From: Thermoanaerobaculia bacterium
Lineage (GTDB): Bacteria; Acidobacteriota; Thermoanaerobaculia; Multivoradales; Multivoraceae
DNA: 49,384 nucleotides
NCBI GenBank assembly: GCA_022824725.1
Contig: JAJDZH010000082.1
Coordinates: forward strand, 1-49,384
Reading direction: 5' to 3'
Shown here: positions 8,846 through 18,109 of the stretch, in pieces
Numbering within the stretch: the first letter of the stretch is position 1
Layout: every line of letters begins with the position of its first letter
Translations under genes and position numbers: made by a program
Notes under the pieces: model-generated
The model's input: the letters and a program-made list of their open reading frames with translations, nothing else
Told to the model about the DNA's origin: nothing
Databases searched by the model: none

Positions 8846-9538
8846 CTACTCCTCCCCGTCGCTGCGGAGCAGCCGGTCGCGAACGATCTGCATGTCCTCC
8901 CAGGTGGCCCGCTTGTACGACGGATCCCGAAGCAGGAAAGCCGGGTGATAGGTGACCCGCACCGGCACGCCGCCGGCCTCGTGCCAGGTCCCCCGCATGC
9001 GCCCCAGCGAGGTCTTCGTCCCCAGCAGAAACTGCGCCGCTACCCGCCCCAGGGCGACGATCACGCGGGGTGCGATGAGTTCGATCTGGCGATCGAGAAA
9101 GGAACGGCAGGCCGCCGTTTCGTCAGGCTGCGGATCCCGGTTGTTCGGCGGCCTGCACTTCACGACGTTCGTGATGTAGACGTCCTCGCGCCGCAGGTCG
9201 ATGGCCTGGATGATCTTCGTCAGAAGCTGGCCCGCAGGCCCCACGAACGGCAGACCCTGCCGGTCCTCCTGCGCGCCCGGGCCCTCGCCCACGAACATCA
9301 GATCCGCTTCGCCGTCGCCGGCGCCGAAAACAACCCTCTGCCGCGTCTCGCAAAGCCTGCACGCCGTACAGCCCTGGGCCTCCTCGGCAACCGCCCGCAG
9401 GCGCTCCAGGCGTCCCCCGGTCGCCGCTGGCTTCGACGATGGTCGCCCCGGCGACGTCGCCGGCGGATAGGCGTCCGTGAAACCCAGATCCCGCAGCAGA
9501 TCGATCTCCTGTGGAATCGGCAGACGGTTCCGGCTCAC
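8846..9538 (-). CDS. uracil-DNA glycosylase, family 4
   Basis: CTACRLCETR...VFGAGDGEADLMFVGEGPGAQEDRQGLPFVGPAGQLL and HPAFLLR. GTG start overlaps the coaBC stop (GTGA). Confidence 0.9.
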   Translation of the reverse strand: MSRNRLPIPQEIDLLRDLGFTDAYPPATSPGRPSSKPAATGGRLERLRAVAEEAQGCTACRLCETRQRVVFGAGDGEADLMFVGEGPGAQEDRQGLPFVGPAGQLLTKIIQAIDLRREDVYITNVVKCRPPNNRDPQPDETAACRSFLDRQIELIAPRVIVALGRVAAQFLLGTKTSLGRMRGTWHEAGGVPVRVTYHPAFLLRDPSYKRATWEDMQIVRDRLLRSDGEE

Positions 9539-10767
9539 GTCGCCTCGGCTGCGAACAGTTCCAGCAGCCGTCCCGCCAGTTCATCCTTGGACTGCTTCGG
9601 GAAGCGCTCGACTTCCCCTTTCTGGCCAAAGGCGACGACTTCGTTGTCGGCGGACTCGAAGCCGATGTCCGCGCGGGAGACGTCGTTGGCAACGATCCAG
9701 TGCGCCCCCTTGGCCTTCAGCTTGTCCCGCGCCGAGCGCTCCAGGTGCTCGGTCTCCGCGGCGAAACCGACGCGCAGCGCTCGCGGCGCCACGGCCGCCA
9801 GGCCGGCCAGGAGGTCCGGGTTCTGTTCGAGTTCCAGCACCAGGCCGTCTCCGCCCGACTTCTTCATCTTCTGCTCGGCGCGCTCGCGGGGCCGGTAGTC
9901 GGCGACGGCGGCCGCCATGACCACAAGGTCCGCGTCGGGAACCGCCTCCTGGAGCGCCGCCTCCATCTCGGCGGCCGAGACGACGTCGACACGTTCCACG
10001 CCGGCGGGCGTCTCGAGCTTCACGGGACCGGCAATCAGCCTGACCCGGGCGCCACGGATCGCCGCCTGGCGCGCCAGCGCGAACCCCATGCGACCGCTCG
10101 ATCGATTGCCCAGGAAACGCACCGGATCGAGCGCCTCGTAGGTCGGCCCGGCGGTGACGACGACTCTCCTGCCGGCGAGCGGGCCGGCGAACGCGCCGTC
10201 TCCCGCCTCGGGCAGGCCAAGGTTCCGGCACACGGCGTCGACGATCGCCTCCGGCTCGGCCATGCGGCCCCAGCCCCGCTCGCCTGAAGCCAGTACTCCC
10301 TCGACCGGGCCGACCACCTCGACGCCGCGGTCGAGCAGGGTGGCGACGCGGGCCTCGACCGCCGCCTTCCGCCACATGGCGTCATGCATGGCGGGAGCGA
10401 CCACCACCGGCCCTTCGAACATCAGCGCGGTCGTACTCAGGAAGTCGTCCGCCAGGCCCAGCGCCAGGCGGGCCAGCGTGTTCGCGGTCGCCGGCGCGAC
10501 GCACAGCAGGTCGGCCCACTGCGCGGCCTCGACGTGCAACTCCGCGCCGTCGCTGCCGCCGTCGCGCGCCAGGTACTCCTGGCCGTAGACGCGGTCGCCG
10601 CTCAGCACCTCCAGGGTCAAGGGAGAGACGAAACTCTCGGCAGCCAGGGTGGGCGCACAGCGTACTTCAAGGCCCTGCTCCCGCAGGCGACGGACCAGGT
10701 AAGCGCCCTTGTACGCGGCGATGCCGCCGGTGATCCCCAGGAGGACCCTGGCCGCCCGTTCAGGCAC
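9535..10767 (-). CDS. coaBC: bifunctional phosphopantothenoylcysteine decarboxylase / phosphopantothenate-cysteine ligase
   Basis: VLLGITGGIAAYKGAYLVRRL, N-terminal flavoprotein domain and C-terminal ligase domain (SSGRMGFALA, AAVADYRP). Confidence 0.95.
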   Translation of the reverse strand: MPERAARVLLGITGGIAAYKGAYLVRRLREQGLEVRCAPTLAAESFVSPLTLEVLSGDRVYGQEYLARDGGSDGAELHVEAAQWADLLCVAPATANTLARLALGLADDFLSTTALMFEGPVVVAPAMHDAMWRKAAVEARVATLLDRGVEVVGPVEGVLASGERGWGRMAEPEAIVDAVCRNLGLPEAGDGAFAGPLAGRRVVVTAGPTYEALDPVRFLGNRSSGRMGFALARQAAIRGARVRLIAGPVKLETPAGVERVDVVSAAEMEAALQEAVPDADLVVMAAAVADYRPRERAEQKMKKSGGDGLVLELEQNPDLLAGLAAVAPRALRVGFAAETEHLERSARDKLKAKGAHWIVANDVSRADIGFESADNEVVAFGQKGEVERFPKQSKDELAGRLLELFAAEAT

Positions 10768-10779
10768 GCGGGACGGTCC

Positions 10780-11052
10780 CTAGTTGACGGTGCTGGGGGG
10801 ACTCAGACCGCCGTTCTCCGCGTCCGCTCCATCCTCGTCAGCGCCGTCCGCGTCCGCGGATTCGGGCGCCTCGCCGTAGTCCCAGTCGACGAGCTCGTTC
10901 GCGATCTCCTTCATCGCATGCCGGGCGAACTTCGGGCTCTCCCGCTGCATCCGTTCCGGAGCCCCCCGGATCAGTTGCTCGGCGCGCCGCGCGGCCAGGA
11001 GCACGTACCGGAACTTGCTGTCGATCTTCTCAGGAATCCGTTCCATGTGCAT
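10780..11052 (-). CDS. rpoZ: DNA-directed RNA polymerase subunit omega
   Basis: M(H)MERIPEKIDSKFRYVLLAARRAEQLIRGAP. The internal ATG at 11052 (or 11046) of ORF 10780..11172 is used. Sits in the conserved gmk-rpoZ order and has an acidic C-terminal tail. Confidence 0.85.
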   Translation of the reverse strand: MHMERIPEKIDSKFRYVLLAARRAEQLIRGAPERMQRESPKFARHAMKEIANELVDWDYGEAPESADADGADEDGADAENGGLSPPSTVN

Positions 11053-11728
11053 GAAAGTCCGCGAGAACGCGGTTGACGCGTTCTCGCATCCGCCCCCTTC
11101 GCTGTCGTTTCTCGAGAATGATGGCCGCCAGGATCCTGCTGGCGGCCTCAGCGCGATCATTGACAATAACATAGTCGTAGTCCCGGACCCGGCCTACCTC
11201 GGCCAGCGAACCGGCCAGACGCTGCGCGATCTCGGGCGCGTCGTCCAGGTCCCGCCCCCGTAGCCGCGATACGAGCGCGTCGTAGCTGGGCGGCATGACG
11301 AAGATGCCCCAGACCGCGGTCTCGAGCGCGCCCGCAGCGCCGCCCGGCAGAGACATCACCTGCTTCGCGCCCTGCACGTCGATGTCGAGGAGGACGTCGA
11401 CTCCTCGCTCGACGCGCGGCAGTACCTCGTCCACCGCCGTGCCGTAGCGATTGCCGTGAACCTCCGCCCACTCCAGGAACCGGCCATCGGCCACCATCCG
11501 GTCGAACGTCGCCCGATCGACGAAGTGGTAGTCGTCCCCGTCCCGCTCGTTCTCGCGGGGCCGACGGGTCGTGTGGCTGATCGAGAACTCGACACCGTCG
11601 ACGAGCTTCATGGCGTGGTGGACCAGGGTGGTCTTTCCGGCGCCTGACGGCGCCGAGAGAATGAACAACTCTCCCCTGGGCACGACCGGCTCCTCCCCGG
11701 CGTCCGGTTCTCTGTCCACGCTCTTCAT
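11030..11728 (-). CDS. gmk: guanylate kinase
   Basis: LSAPSGAGKTTL, SISHTTRRPRENERDGDDYHFV and FLEWAEVHGNRYGT. Confidence 0.95.
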   Translation of the reverse strand: MKSVDREPDAGEEPVVPRGELFILSAPSGAGKTTLVHHAMKLVDGVEFSISHTTRRPRENERDGDDYHFVDRATFDRMVADGRFLEWAEVHGNRYGTAVDEVLPRVERGVDVLLDIDVQGAKQVMSLPGGAAGALETAVWGIFVMPPSYDALVSRLRGRDLDDAPEIAQRLAGSLAEVGRVRDYDYVIVNDRAEAASRILAAIILEKRQRRGRMRERVNRVLADFHAHGTDS

Positions 11729-11738
11729 CCGCCCGCAG

Positions 11739-12617
11739 TCATTCGACGTTCTGCGCCTGTTCGCGCAACTGCTCGCACAGCACCTTACCTTCGACCACGC
11801 CTCGCTGCATCTCGAGATCGCGGCACTTCGAGCCGACCGTGTTCAGTTCGCGCAGAATCTCCTGGCTCAGGAACACGAGCCGCCTCCCGACCGCGCTCCC
11901 CTCCTTCATCGCCGTTTCGAAACCCTCCAGATGGCCATCGAGGCGTTCCAGCTCCTCGGCAGTGTCGCTGCGCTCGACCAGGAGAGCGACCTCCTGCACC
12001 AGGCGAGCCGGGTCGAGCGGGTCGCCCGCTCCCAGCAGTTCACCGATCCGGCGCTCGAGTTCTCCGGCCGCCTGTCCGATGACCTCGCTCCGGCGCGCCG
12101 CCAGAGCGCCGACGCAGGCGCGCAGCGAAGCCAGATGTCCGTTCAGCGAGTCGCCCAGAACCCGCCCTTCCCGTTCCCGCTCGACCACCAGAGACGCCAT
12201 CGCGCGCCGGCACGTTTCCATCACCAGCGCTCGCTCTTGAGGACCGGCCGCGCCGACTCCGGATTCCGCCCGGAGTGCCCGGGCCGCCGTGAGGAGCTCC
12301 CCGGCGCTCAACCCCGAGTTGACGATTCCCCGTCGGCGCCAGCGCCGCACGGTCTGGTGCAACCGTTCCACGGCCGCGTCCGTCTCGTCGAACCCGGCCG
12401 CGTCTTCCGTCGACTCGATCTCGACCCCGATCTCCACCCGGCCACGCTGGACCTCGGCCGCGACCGCGGTCCGCAGTTCGGGTTCGAGGGTTCTGAAAGG
12501 GCTCCGCACGCGCAAGACGACATCCAGGTTGCGGTGGTTCACGGAGCGCGCCGTGACCGTCACTTGACGGCGGCGTACGGTTGCCGTCGCCTCGCCGTAG
12601 CCGGTCATGCTTCTCAC
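11739..12617 (-). CDS. yicC: YicC/YloC family stress-induced endoribonuclease-like protein
   Basis: N-terminus MRSMTGYGEA, C-terminus EILRELNTVGSKCRD...KVLCEQLREQAQNVE, and the conserved yicC-gmk-rpoZ synteny. Confidence 0.9.
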   Translation of the reverse strand: MRSMTGYGEATATVRRRQVTVTARSVNHRNLDVVLRVRSPFRTLEPELRTAVAAEVQRGRVEIGVEIESTEDAAGFDETDAAVERLHQTVRRWRRRGIVNSGLSAGELLTAARALRAESGVGAAGPQERALVMETCRRAMASLVVEREREGRVLGDSLNGHLASLRACVGALAARRSEVIGQAAGELERRIGELLGAGDPLDPARLVQEVALLVERSDTAEELERLDGHLEGFETAMKEGSAVGRRLVFLSQEILRELNTVGSKCRDLEMQRGVVEGKVLCEQLREQAQNVE

Positions 12618-13828
12618 GAGCGAGTCGCCCCTTCACGCCGCCGGCGCTCGGCCGGCTCTTCCGGGACCCCCAGTTCCTCGAGCAGGCAACCGGCCGCTCG
12701 CTCGCTCGCTCCGGACTCGCCGAGGGCCGGCCTCAGTTCGGCCAGCGCCGCGCGCATGGCATCGATGCGCTTTCGACGGCTCAGCAGCCTCGACGCCGCG
12801 GCGGCCATCCGTTCGTGATCCGCCTCCGCCTGCAGCAACTCGGGCACCACCTGGCGGCCGAGCACCAGGTTGACGAGGCTGACGAACGGCAGGTCGACCA
12901 GAAGACGTCCGACCGCGTAGGTCAGCGGGGAAACCCGGTAGACCACGATCATCGGCGTTCCGAGAAGCCCGACCTCGAGCGTGGCCGTTCCGGAGGCGCA
13001 GAACGCGAAGTGGGAACCGGCGACCGCGGCGAACCGGTCGGCGCGCACAACGTCCAGTTCGTCGCCGTCCAGAGGCCCACTGGCGATCAGGCGCCGCACG
13101 AGCGTCTCGTCAACCGTGGGCGCCAGAATCAGACGCACGCGGCCGGCGCGTTCCGCCGCCCCGACCAGCTCCGCGGCCGCTCGCAGCATGGGCGGCAGGA
13201 TCCGCCGAACCTCGCTGTTGCGCGAACCCGGAAGAAGCGCCAGCATCGGCCGCTCCGGCACGCCGTCCTGCCGCTCCCATGCCGATTCGAGCTCCGGTAC
13301 GTCGTCTACCAGGGGGTGTCCCACGTGATCCACGTGGAGTTCGTGTCCCCGGTACACCTCGACCTCGAACGGAAAGAGCACGAGCATCCGGTTGACGAGG
13401 CGGGCGATCGTCCGTACCCGCCGCCGCCGCCATGCCCACACCTGGGGCGACACGTAGTACAGAACCGGTATGCCACGGCGGCGCAGGCGACGGGCCAACC
13501 TCAGGTTGAAGTCGGGGAAATCGACCAGAACGGCCAGGCTGGGCCGGCGCGTCTCGGAAGCCAGCAGCAGCTTGCGGAACGCGCGGCGGATGCGCGGCAG
13601 CTCGCGGGCAACCTCGGCGATGCCGACGACCGCGACCTCGTCGCTGTGCGCGACCGGCTCCAGGCCGGCCGCCGCCATCGCGTCGCCACCGAGTCCGAAG
13701 AAGCGGATTCGCCTTCCGTCTCCGGCCAGACGGGCCACGGCCTCCATGAGGCCCGCGGCATGCCGATCGCCCGACGCCTCTCCGGCGGAGATCAGAACGC
13801 TCAGGGAATCGGCGTTGGCGGCGACCAT
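12614..13828 (-). CDS. lpxB: lipid-A-disaccharide synthase
   Basis: ISAGEASGDRHAAGLMEAV, YYVSPQVWAWRRRR, LLPGSRNSEV and ASGTATLE. Confidence 0.9.
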   Translation of the reverse strand: MVAANADSLSVLISAGEASGDRHAAGLMEAVARLAGDGRRIRFFGLGGDAMAAAGLEPVAHSDEVAVVGIAEVARELPRIRRAFRKLLLASETRRPSLAVLVDFPDFNLRLARRLRRRGIPVLYYVSPQVWAWRRRRVRTIARLVNRMLVLFPFEVEVYRGHELHVDHVGHPLVDDVPELESAWERQDGVPERPMLALLPGSRNSEVRRILPPMLRAAAELVGAAERAGRVRLILAPTVDETLVRRLIASGPLDGDELDVVRADRFAAVAGSHFAFCASGTATLEVGLLGTPMIVVYRVSPLTYAVGRLLVDLPFVSLVNLVLGRQVVPELLQAEADHERMAAAASRLLSRRKRIDAMRAALAELRPALGESGASERAAGCLLEELGVPEEPAERRRREGATRS

Positions 13829-13998
13829 GGAAACGGGAACATCAGCCAGGCGAGCACCAGCCCCCCGCCGACCATGCCGATCATCATCTGCAGGAAGAGC
13901 CGCGCCCTGTCCCTGAATCGCCGCCGCCAGAGCACGGCAAAGAACAGGCTGACCTGCAGAGCGTAGATCACCATCAGGGCAAAGTGACTGGTCAGCAC
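13801..13998 (-). CDS. small two-TM membrane protein, hypothetical
   Basis: 65 codons. GTG start lies 4 nt after the upstream stop and the 3' end overlaps the lpxB start by 28 nt. Two hydrophobic helices with GC3-rich codons. No family recognised. Confidence 0.5.
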   Translation of the reverse strand: MLTSHFALMVIYALQVSLFFAVLWRRRFRDRARLFLQMMIGMVGGGLVLAWLMFPFPWSPPTPIP

Positions 13999-14002
13999 CG
14001 GA

Positions 14003-14416
14003 TCAGTCCTTCGAACCGCTGGCGATGTCCCAGGCGTCGAGTACGGCGAGCAGATTCAGAAGACCGGCGGTGAGCAGGAATGCCTTGCCGTACTCGAACG
14101 TCGAAGAGAGGATGTCGCCTTCGTACTCCACCACGTAACGGGCGAGAAGGTAGGGAGCCCCGGCGCCCATCGAACTCAGCGTTGCAAGACGACTGAGCGG
14201 CTGCTCGGGAATCACGACGTAGAGGTGACCCTGCAGCCAGCACCCGAAGAGGAAGGAGAACAGCACGACCCCGCAGACGACGGCCGCCCGGCGCGGTTTC
14301 TTCAGCAGCATGTGACCGGACCCGGGCACCGCCCAGGCAGCGACCGCGACCAGAATCTGCCGCGCGAGTCCCTGAGGCTGCGAGGGGGGGGCGGCAGGAG
14401 GCGGAGTCGTCGTCAT
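14003..14416 (-). CDS. hypothetical integral membrane protein
   Basis: 137 aa. Pro-rich N-terminus followed by 3-4 hydrophobic segments (ILVAVAAWAVPGSGHML; AAVVCGVVLFSFLFGCWL; AFLLTAGLLNLLAVL). No family recognised by eye. Confidence 0.6.
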   Translation of the reverse strand: MTTTPPPAAPPSQPQGLARQILVAVAAWAVPGSGHMLLKKPRRAAVVCGVVLFSFLFGCWLQGHLYVVIPEQPLSRLATLSSMGAGAPYLLARYVVEYEGDILSSTFEYGKAFLLTAGLLNLLAVLDAWDIASGSKD

Positions 14417-14476
14417 GCGTGCGCGGCGGCGGGCTCGGCCACGGGACCTGGCTGCTTCCTTCAGCCCCGGGCGGAC

Positions 14477-14800
14477 CTACTCGTCGGAGTTGAGGCGTTC
14501 CCTGAGTTCCTTGCCGGGCTTGAAGTAGGGAATCTTCTTGGAGGGGACGTCGACCCGAGCGCCGGTCTTCGGATTCCGGCCGATCCGGGAACCCCGTTCG
14601 CGAATCCGAAAGCTCCCGAAACCGCGGAGCTCGATCTTGTCGCCGTCCTTCAGGGAGTCGACGATGCTCTCGAAGACCGTGCTGACGATGACCTCGGCGT
14701 CCTTCTTGGTGAGGTTGGCGCTACGGGCGACCTCCTCGACCAACTGTGCCTTCGTCACGCCGTGGCGGATGTCGGAAGGGAACTGGATCGCGTCTTTCAT
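14477..14800 (-). CDS. ihfB: HU/IHF family DNA-binding protein, integration host factor beta-like
   Basis: VTKAQLVEEVA..., IELRGFGSFRIRERGSRIGRNPKTGARVDVPSKKIPYFKPGKELRERL. GGGAGGAG lies 6 nt upstream of ATG 14800. The gene sits directly downstream of rpsA, as in the classical rpsA-ihfB arrangement. Confidence 0.85.
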   Translation of the reverse strand: MKDAIQFPSDIRHGVTKAQLVEEVARSANLTKKDAEVIVSTVFESIVDSLKDGDKIELRGFGSFRIRERGSRIGRNPKTGARVDVPSKKIPYFKPGKELRERLNSDE

Positions 14801-14830
14801 TCTCGGCTCCTCCCAGAGGTCCAGCAGGTA

Positions 14831-16798
14831 CTAGCTCCCCTCCGACTCCTCGTCTGCCGGATTCTCTTCGGCAACGGCCTCGCCCTCGGGCCCGGCCTCG
14901 GGCTCGTCGGCCGCCTCAACTTCATCACCGTCCGCAGGGGCCGCGCTCATCTCCGCGACGTCCTCGGCACCGTCCTCCATGGCCGCTTCCGCCGGCTCTT
15001 CCGCCCCGGATGCCTCAGCCTCGCCGGCGGCATCTTCCTCCTCGGCGTCTTCCTCGGCCGCGGCCGCCGCGGCGCGGGCCGCGGCCAGCTTCCGCTCCCG
15101 TTCCGCGGACAGCTCGTCGGCCTCTTCGTCGCTGAGCTCGGTCACGCCGCGCAGCGTCAGCCCGACCTTCTTGTCCTCGTCCTCGATGCGCAGGATGCGC
15201 GCACGGACGAACTCGCCGATCCGGTAGTGGTCCTCGAGCTTGCCGCCCGGCACATCCACTTCGCTGACGTGGGCCAGCCCTTCCAGTCCGTCGTAGACAT
15301 CGATGAAGAGCCCGAAGTCGGTCACGTTGACCACTCTGCCGACGATGTCGTCACCGACGCTGTGACCATCCACGAAGTCCTGCCACTCGTTCGGCAGAAA
15401 GTCCTTGATCGAGAGGGACACGCGCTGGCCCGTGACGTCGATGTTGGTGATCCGGGCCCGGACGGCGTCGCCCTTGGCGAGGACTTCGCTCGGGTGCTTG
15501 ACGCGCTTCGTCCAGCTCATGTCCGAGACGTGGACCAGCCCGTCGATCTCCTCCGTGATCTCCACGAAGGCGCCGAACTCGGTCAGGTTCCTGACGCGGC
15601 CCTCCACGATGGTGCCGACCGGGAAGCGGGCCGCCAGATCCTCCCAGGGATTCGACTCGACCTGTCGCAGGGAGAGACTGATCCGGCGCTGGCTCATGTC
15701 GAGTTCCGACACGATCGCGTCGACTTCCTGGCCGACGCTGACGATCTTCGACGGCGGCACGACCTTCTTCGTCCACGACATCTCGCTCACATGGACCAGG
15801 CCTTCGACACCCTCCTCGAGTTCGACGAAGGCGCCGTAGTCGACCAGGCTGACGACCCGGCCCCGCACCCGTGAACCCAGGGGGTACTTCTTGTCGACCA
15901 GGGTCCAGGGATCCTCGGTTGTCTGCTTGAATCCGAGCGAGACACGCTCCGTCTCGGGATCGAAGCGCAGAACGACGACGTCGACCTCGTCGCCCACGGC
16001 GAAGTGCTCCGAAGGATGGTTCACACGGCCCCAGGAAATGTCCGTGATGTGGAGCAGGCCGTCGATACCGCCCAGGTCCACGAACACGCCGTAGTCGGTG
16101 ATGTTCTTGACCACGCCCGGAAGCCGCACACCTTCCTTCAACTTCGTCAGGGTCTCGGCCTTCTTCTTGGCGTACTCCTTCTCGAGCACCGCGCGGCGCG
16201 ACAGCACGATGTTGTTGCGGCGACGGTCCAGGCTGATCACCTTGAACTCGAGTTCCTCACCCTTGAACGACTCCAGGTACTTGACCGGCTTGATGTCGAC
16301 CAGAGAACCCGGCAGGAAGGCACGCAGGCCGACATCGACCGTCAGCCCTCCCTTGATCCGGTCGATCACGCGGCCCTTGATCACCTTGCCTTCCTTGAAG
16401 CTCGTCTCGACCTGGGCCCAGATGCGCATGCGCTCGGCCTTGACCTTCGAGAGCATCACATGCCCGTCCGCGCCTTCCGTCTGCTCGAGCAGGACCTCGA
16501 CTTCGTCGCCGACGCCGATCTGGAGCTTGCCGTCCCGGGAAGTGAACTCGTGAATCGGCACCAGTCCCTCGGACTTGTAGCCGACATCGACGACGACGTC
16601 GTTGGCTGTGATCGCGATCACCGTTCCCGCGACGATCTCGCCTTCGTTGAGATGCCGCATGCTGTCGTCGTACATCTCGACGAGCTGTTCGTAGGACAGG
16701 TTGTCCCCGTCCTGTGCCTGCGCTTCCGGGGGAAGCGTGTCCGCGGAGGGCGCTTCCAGGGGAAGCGCCTCGGTCGTGTGTTCTTCAGTGGGTTCCAT
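14831..16798 (-). CDS. rpsA: 30S ribosomal protein S1
   Basis: 655 aa with six S1 (OB) repeats (e.g. GTVIAITANDVVVDVGYKSEG; GVVKNITDYGVFVDLGGIDGLLHITDISW; GRVVSLVDYGAFVELEEGVEGLVHVSEMSW) and a long acidic Ala/Glu tail. Confidence 0.95.
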   Translation of the reverse strand: MEPTEEHTTEALPLEAPSADTLPPEAQAQDGDNLSYEQLVEMYDDSMRHLNEGEIVAGTVIAITANDVVVDVGYKSEGLVPIHEFTSRDGKLQIGVGDEVEVLLEQTEGADGHVMLSKVKAERMRIWAQVETSFKEGKVIKGRVIDRIKGGLTVDVGLRAFLPGSLVDIKPVKYLESFKGEELEFKVISLDRRRNNIVLSRRAVLEKEYAKKKAETLTKLKEGVRLPGVVKNITDYGVFVDLGGIDGLLHITDISWGRVNHPSEHFAVGDEVDVVVLRFDPETERVSLGFKQTTEDPWTLVDKKYPLGSRVRGRVVSLVDYGAFVELEEGVEGLVHVSEMSWTKKVVPPSKIVSVGQEVDAIVSELDMSQRRISLSLRQVESNPWEDLAARFPVGTIVEGRVRNLTEFGAFVEITEEIDGLVHVSDMSWTKRVKHPSEVLAKGDAVRARITNIDVTGQRVSLSIKDFLPNEWQDFVDGHSVGDDIVGRVVNVTDFGLFIDVYDGLEGLAHVSEVDVPGGKLEDHYRIGEFVRARILRIEDEDKKVGLTLRGVTELSDEEADELSAERERKLAAARAAAAAAEEDAEEEDAAGEAEASGAEEPAEAAMEDGAEDVAEMSAAPADGDEVEAADEPEAGPEGEAVAEENPADEESEGS

Positions 16799-16937
16799 GG
16801 GTTCCTGTGTTCTCGCCGCAGTGTCTCGACGGCGGCGGTAGGCGTTTCAAGGTACTTCGACGGCGACAGTCGTGCCCCGGGACGAGCCGCCACAGGCAGT
16901 CGCCCAGGGACGAACCGGCGCCGGGGTCAGACGAACA

Positions 16938-16966
16938 AGTATAGGGACGCGGCACTACCTGGTCAA
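16938..16966 (-). promoter_or_regulatory. candidate sigma70-type promoter of rpsA (TTGACC-17 nt-TATACT)
   Basis: On the minus strand, -35 TTGACC is at 16966..16961, the spacer is exactly 17 nt, and -10 TATACT is at 16943..16938. It lies about 140 nt upstream of the rpsA ATG in the 225-nt queG-rpsA gap and stands out against the GC-rich background. Confidence 0.5.
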
Positions 16967-17023
16967 CCGTTTGGAGGTTCTCCAATCGGGCCGATTCGAC
17001 CGTGCTTAGTCCCTGATTTCACG

Positions 17024-18109
17024 TCACTTACGGCCCCTGCCCCTGCCCCCGGCCAGGCGGCCCAGCGACCAGTCCGCATGGCTGCCGACAACCGGATCGC
17101 CGCTCTCCCGGGCCCGTTCAAGGGGCGCGGCGTAGGCCTGATCCGCCCGATTGCCCATCGCCACGGCCGCGTTGCGCCGCAGGCCCGACCTGCCCGCACG
17201 CTTCATCGGGCTGTGCCGGAAACGGCGGCGGTAGTCGTCCTCCGAAATCGACAGGAGGGCGGTCAGGTCCAGTTCGGCGCGGTCTGGCGGAAGCCCGAAG
17301 ATCCCGGCCCGCTGCCGTTCGACGGGAGCCGCCCGGTGCTGGTTCCAGGGGCAGACCTCCTGGCAGATGTCGCAGCCGAAGACCCAGTCACCGACCATCG
17401 TGCGCGCCGTCTCGGGCAGCTCCCCGCGATGCTCGATCGTCCAGTAGCTGATGCAGCGCTCCGAATCCAGCACGTAGGGTTCCGGCAGCGCTCCGGTCGG
17501 GCAGGCCTCGAGGCACCGCAGGCAGTCGCCGCAGAGGTCCTCGGCCAGCGGCTCGCTCGGCTCGAGCTCCAGGGTCAGGAACAGCTCGCCGAGCAGGAAC
17601 CAGGAGCCGCTGCGATCGAGCAACTGTGTGTTCTTGGCCACGGCGCCGAGGCCCGCCCGCGCCGCCAGCGCCCGCTCCAGCACGGGCCCCGTATCGACGT
17701 AGGGGCGAGTGCCGGCGCCCGGAAACGCCTCCCGGATGCGCGAGGAAAGCCGCCGCAGACGGCGCTCCATCACGTCGTGATAGTCGTCGCCCCGGGCGTA
17801 GCGCGCCACCCGCGGCCAGAGGTCACCCGCCGGTTCCGGCTCACCATCCAGGGGGTGGTAGTGCAGCGCGACGCAGATCGCCGACCTGGCGCCATCGAGA
17901 AGCGAGGCCGGGACCACCCGCCGGCCCGGCCGGCGGCCGAGCCAGGCCATCGAGGCGAAGAGGCCCCGTTCCAGCCGGCGCAGGAAGGCGGAACCGGTTC
18001 CGGCCTGCGGCTCCAGCGCGGCTACGCCCGCTCGGTCGAAGCCCGCTTCGAGCGCCCAGCCGAGCAGCAGGTCGGCGCGGCTGCCCGGGTTGGAGCGCCC
18101 CTCGCTCAC
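17024..18109 (-). CDS. queG: tRNA epoxyqueuosine(34) reductase
   Basis: CGDCLRCLEACPTGAL, CISYWTIEHRGELP and FGCDICQEVCPWN (4Fe-4S and cobalamin-type QueG blocks). Confidence 0.9.
   Translation of the reverse strand: MSEGRSNPGSRADLLLGWALEAGFDRAGVAALEPQAGTGSAFLRRLERGLFASMAWLGRRPGRRVVPASLLDGARSAICVALHYHPLDGEPEPAGDLWPRVARYARGDDYHDVMERRLRRLSSRIREAFPGAGTRPYVDTGPVLERALAARAGLGAVAKNTQLLDRSGSWFLLGELFLTLELEPSEPLAEDLCGDCLRCLEACPTGALPEPYVLDSERCISYWTIEHRGELPETARTMVGDWVFGCDICQEVCPWNQHRAAPVERQRAGIFGLPPDRAELDLTALLSISEDDYRRRFRHSPMKRAGRSGLRRNAAVAMGNRADQAYAAPLERARESGDPVVGSHADWSLGRLAGGRGRGRK

Noticed and set aside
14384-14391. G8 (C8 on the coding strand) homopolymer near the 5' end of the 137-aa membrane protein gene, as a possible phase-variation tract
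   Set aside because: It simply encodes Pro-Pro in a Pro-rich N-terminus of a GC-rich genome. Eight nt is borderline for slippage, and there is no population evidence of length variation.
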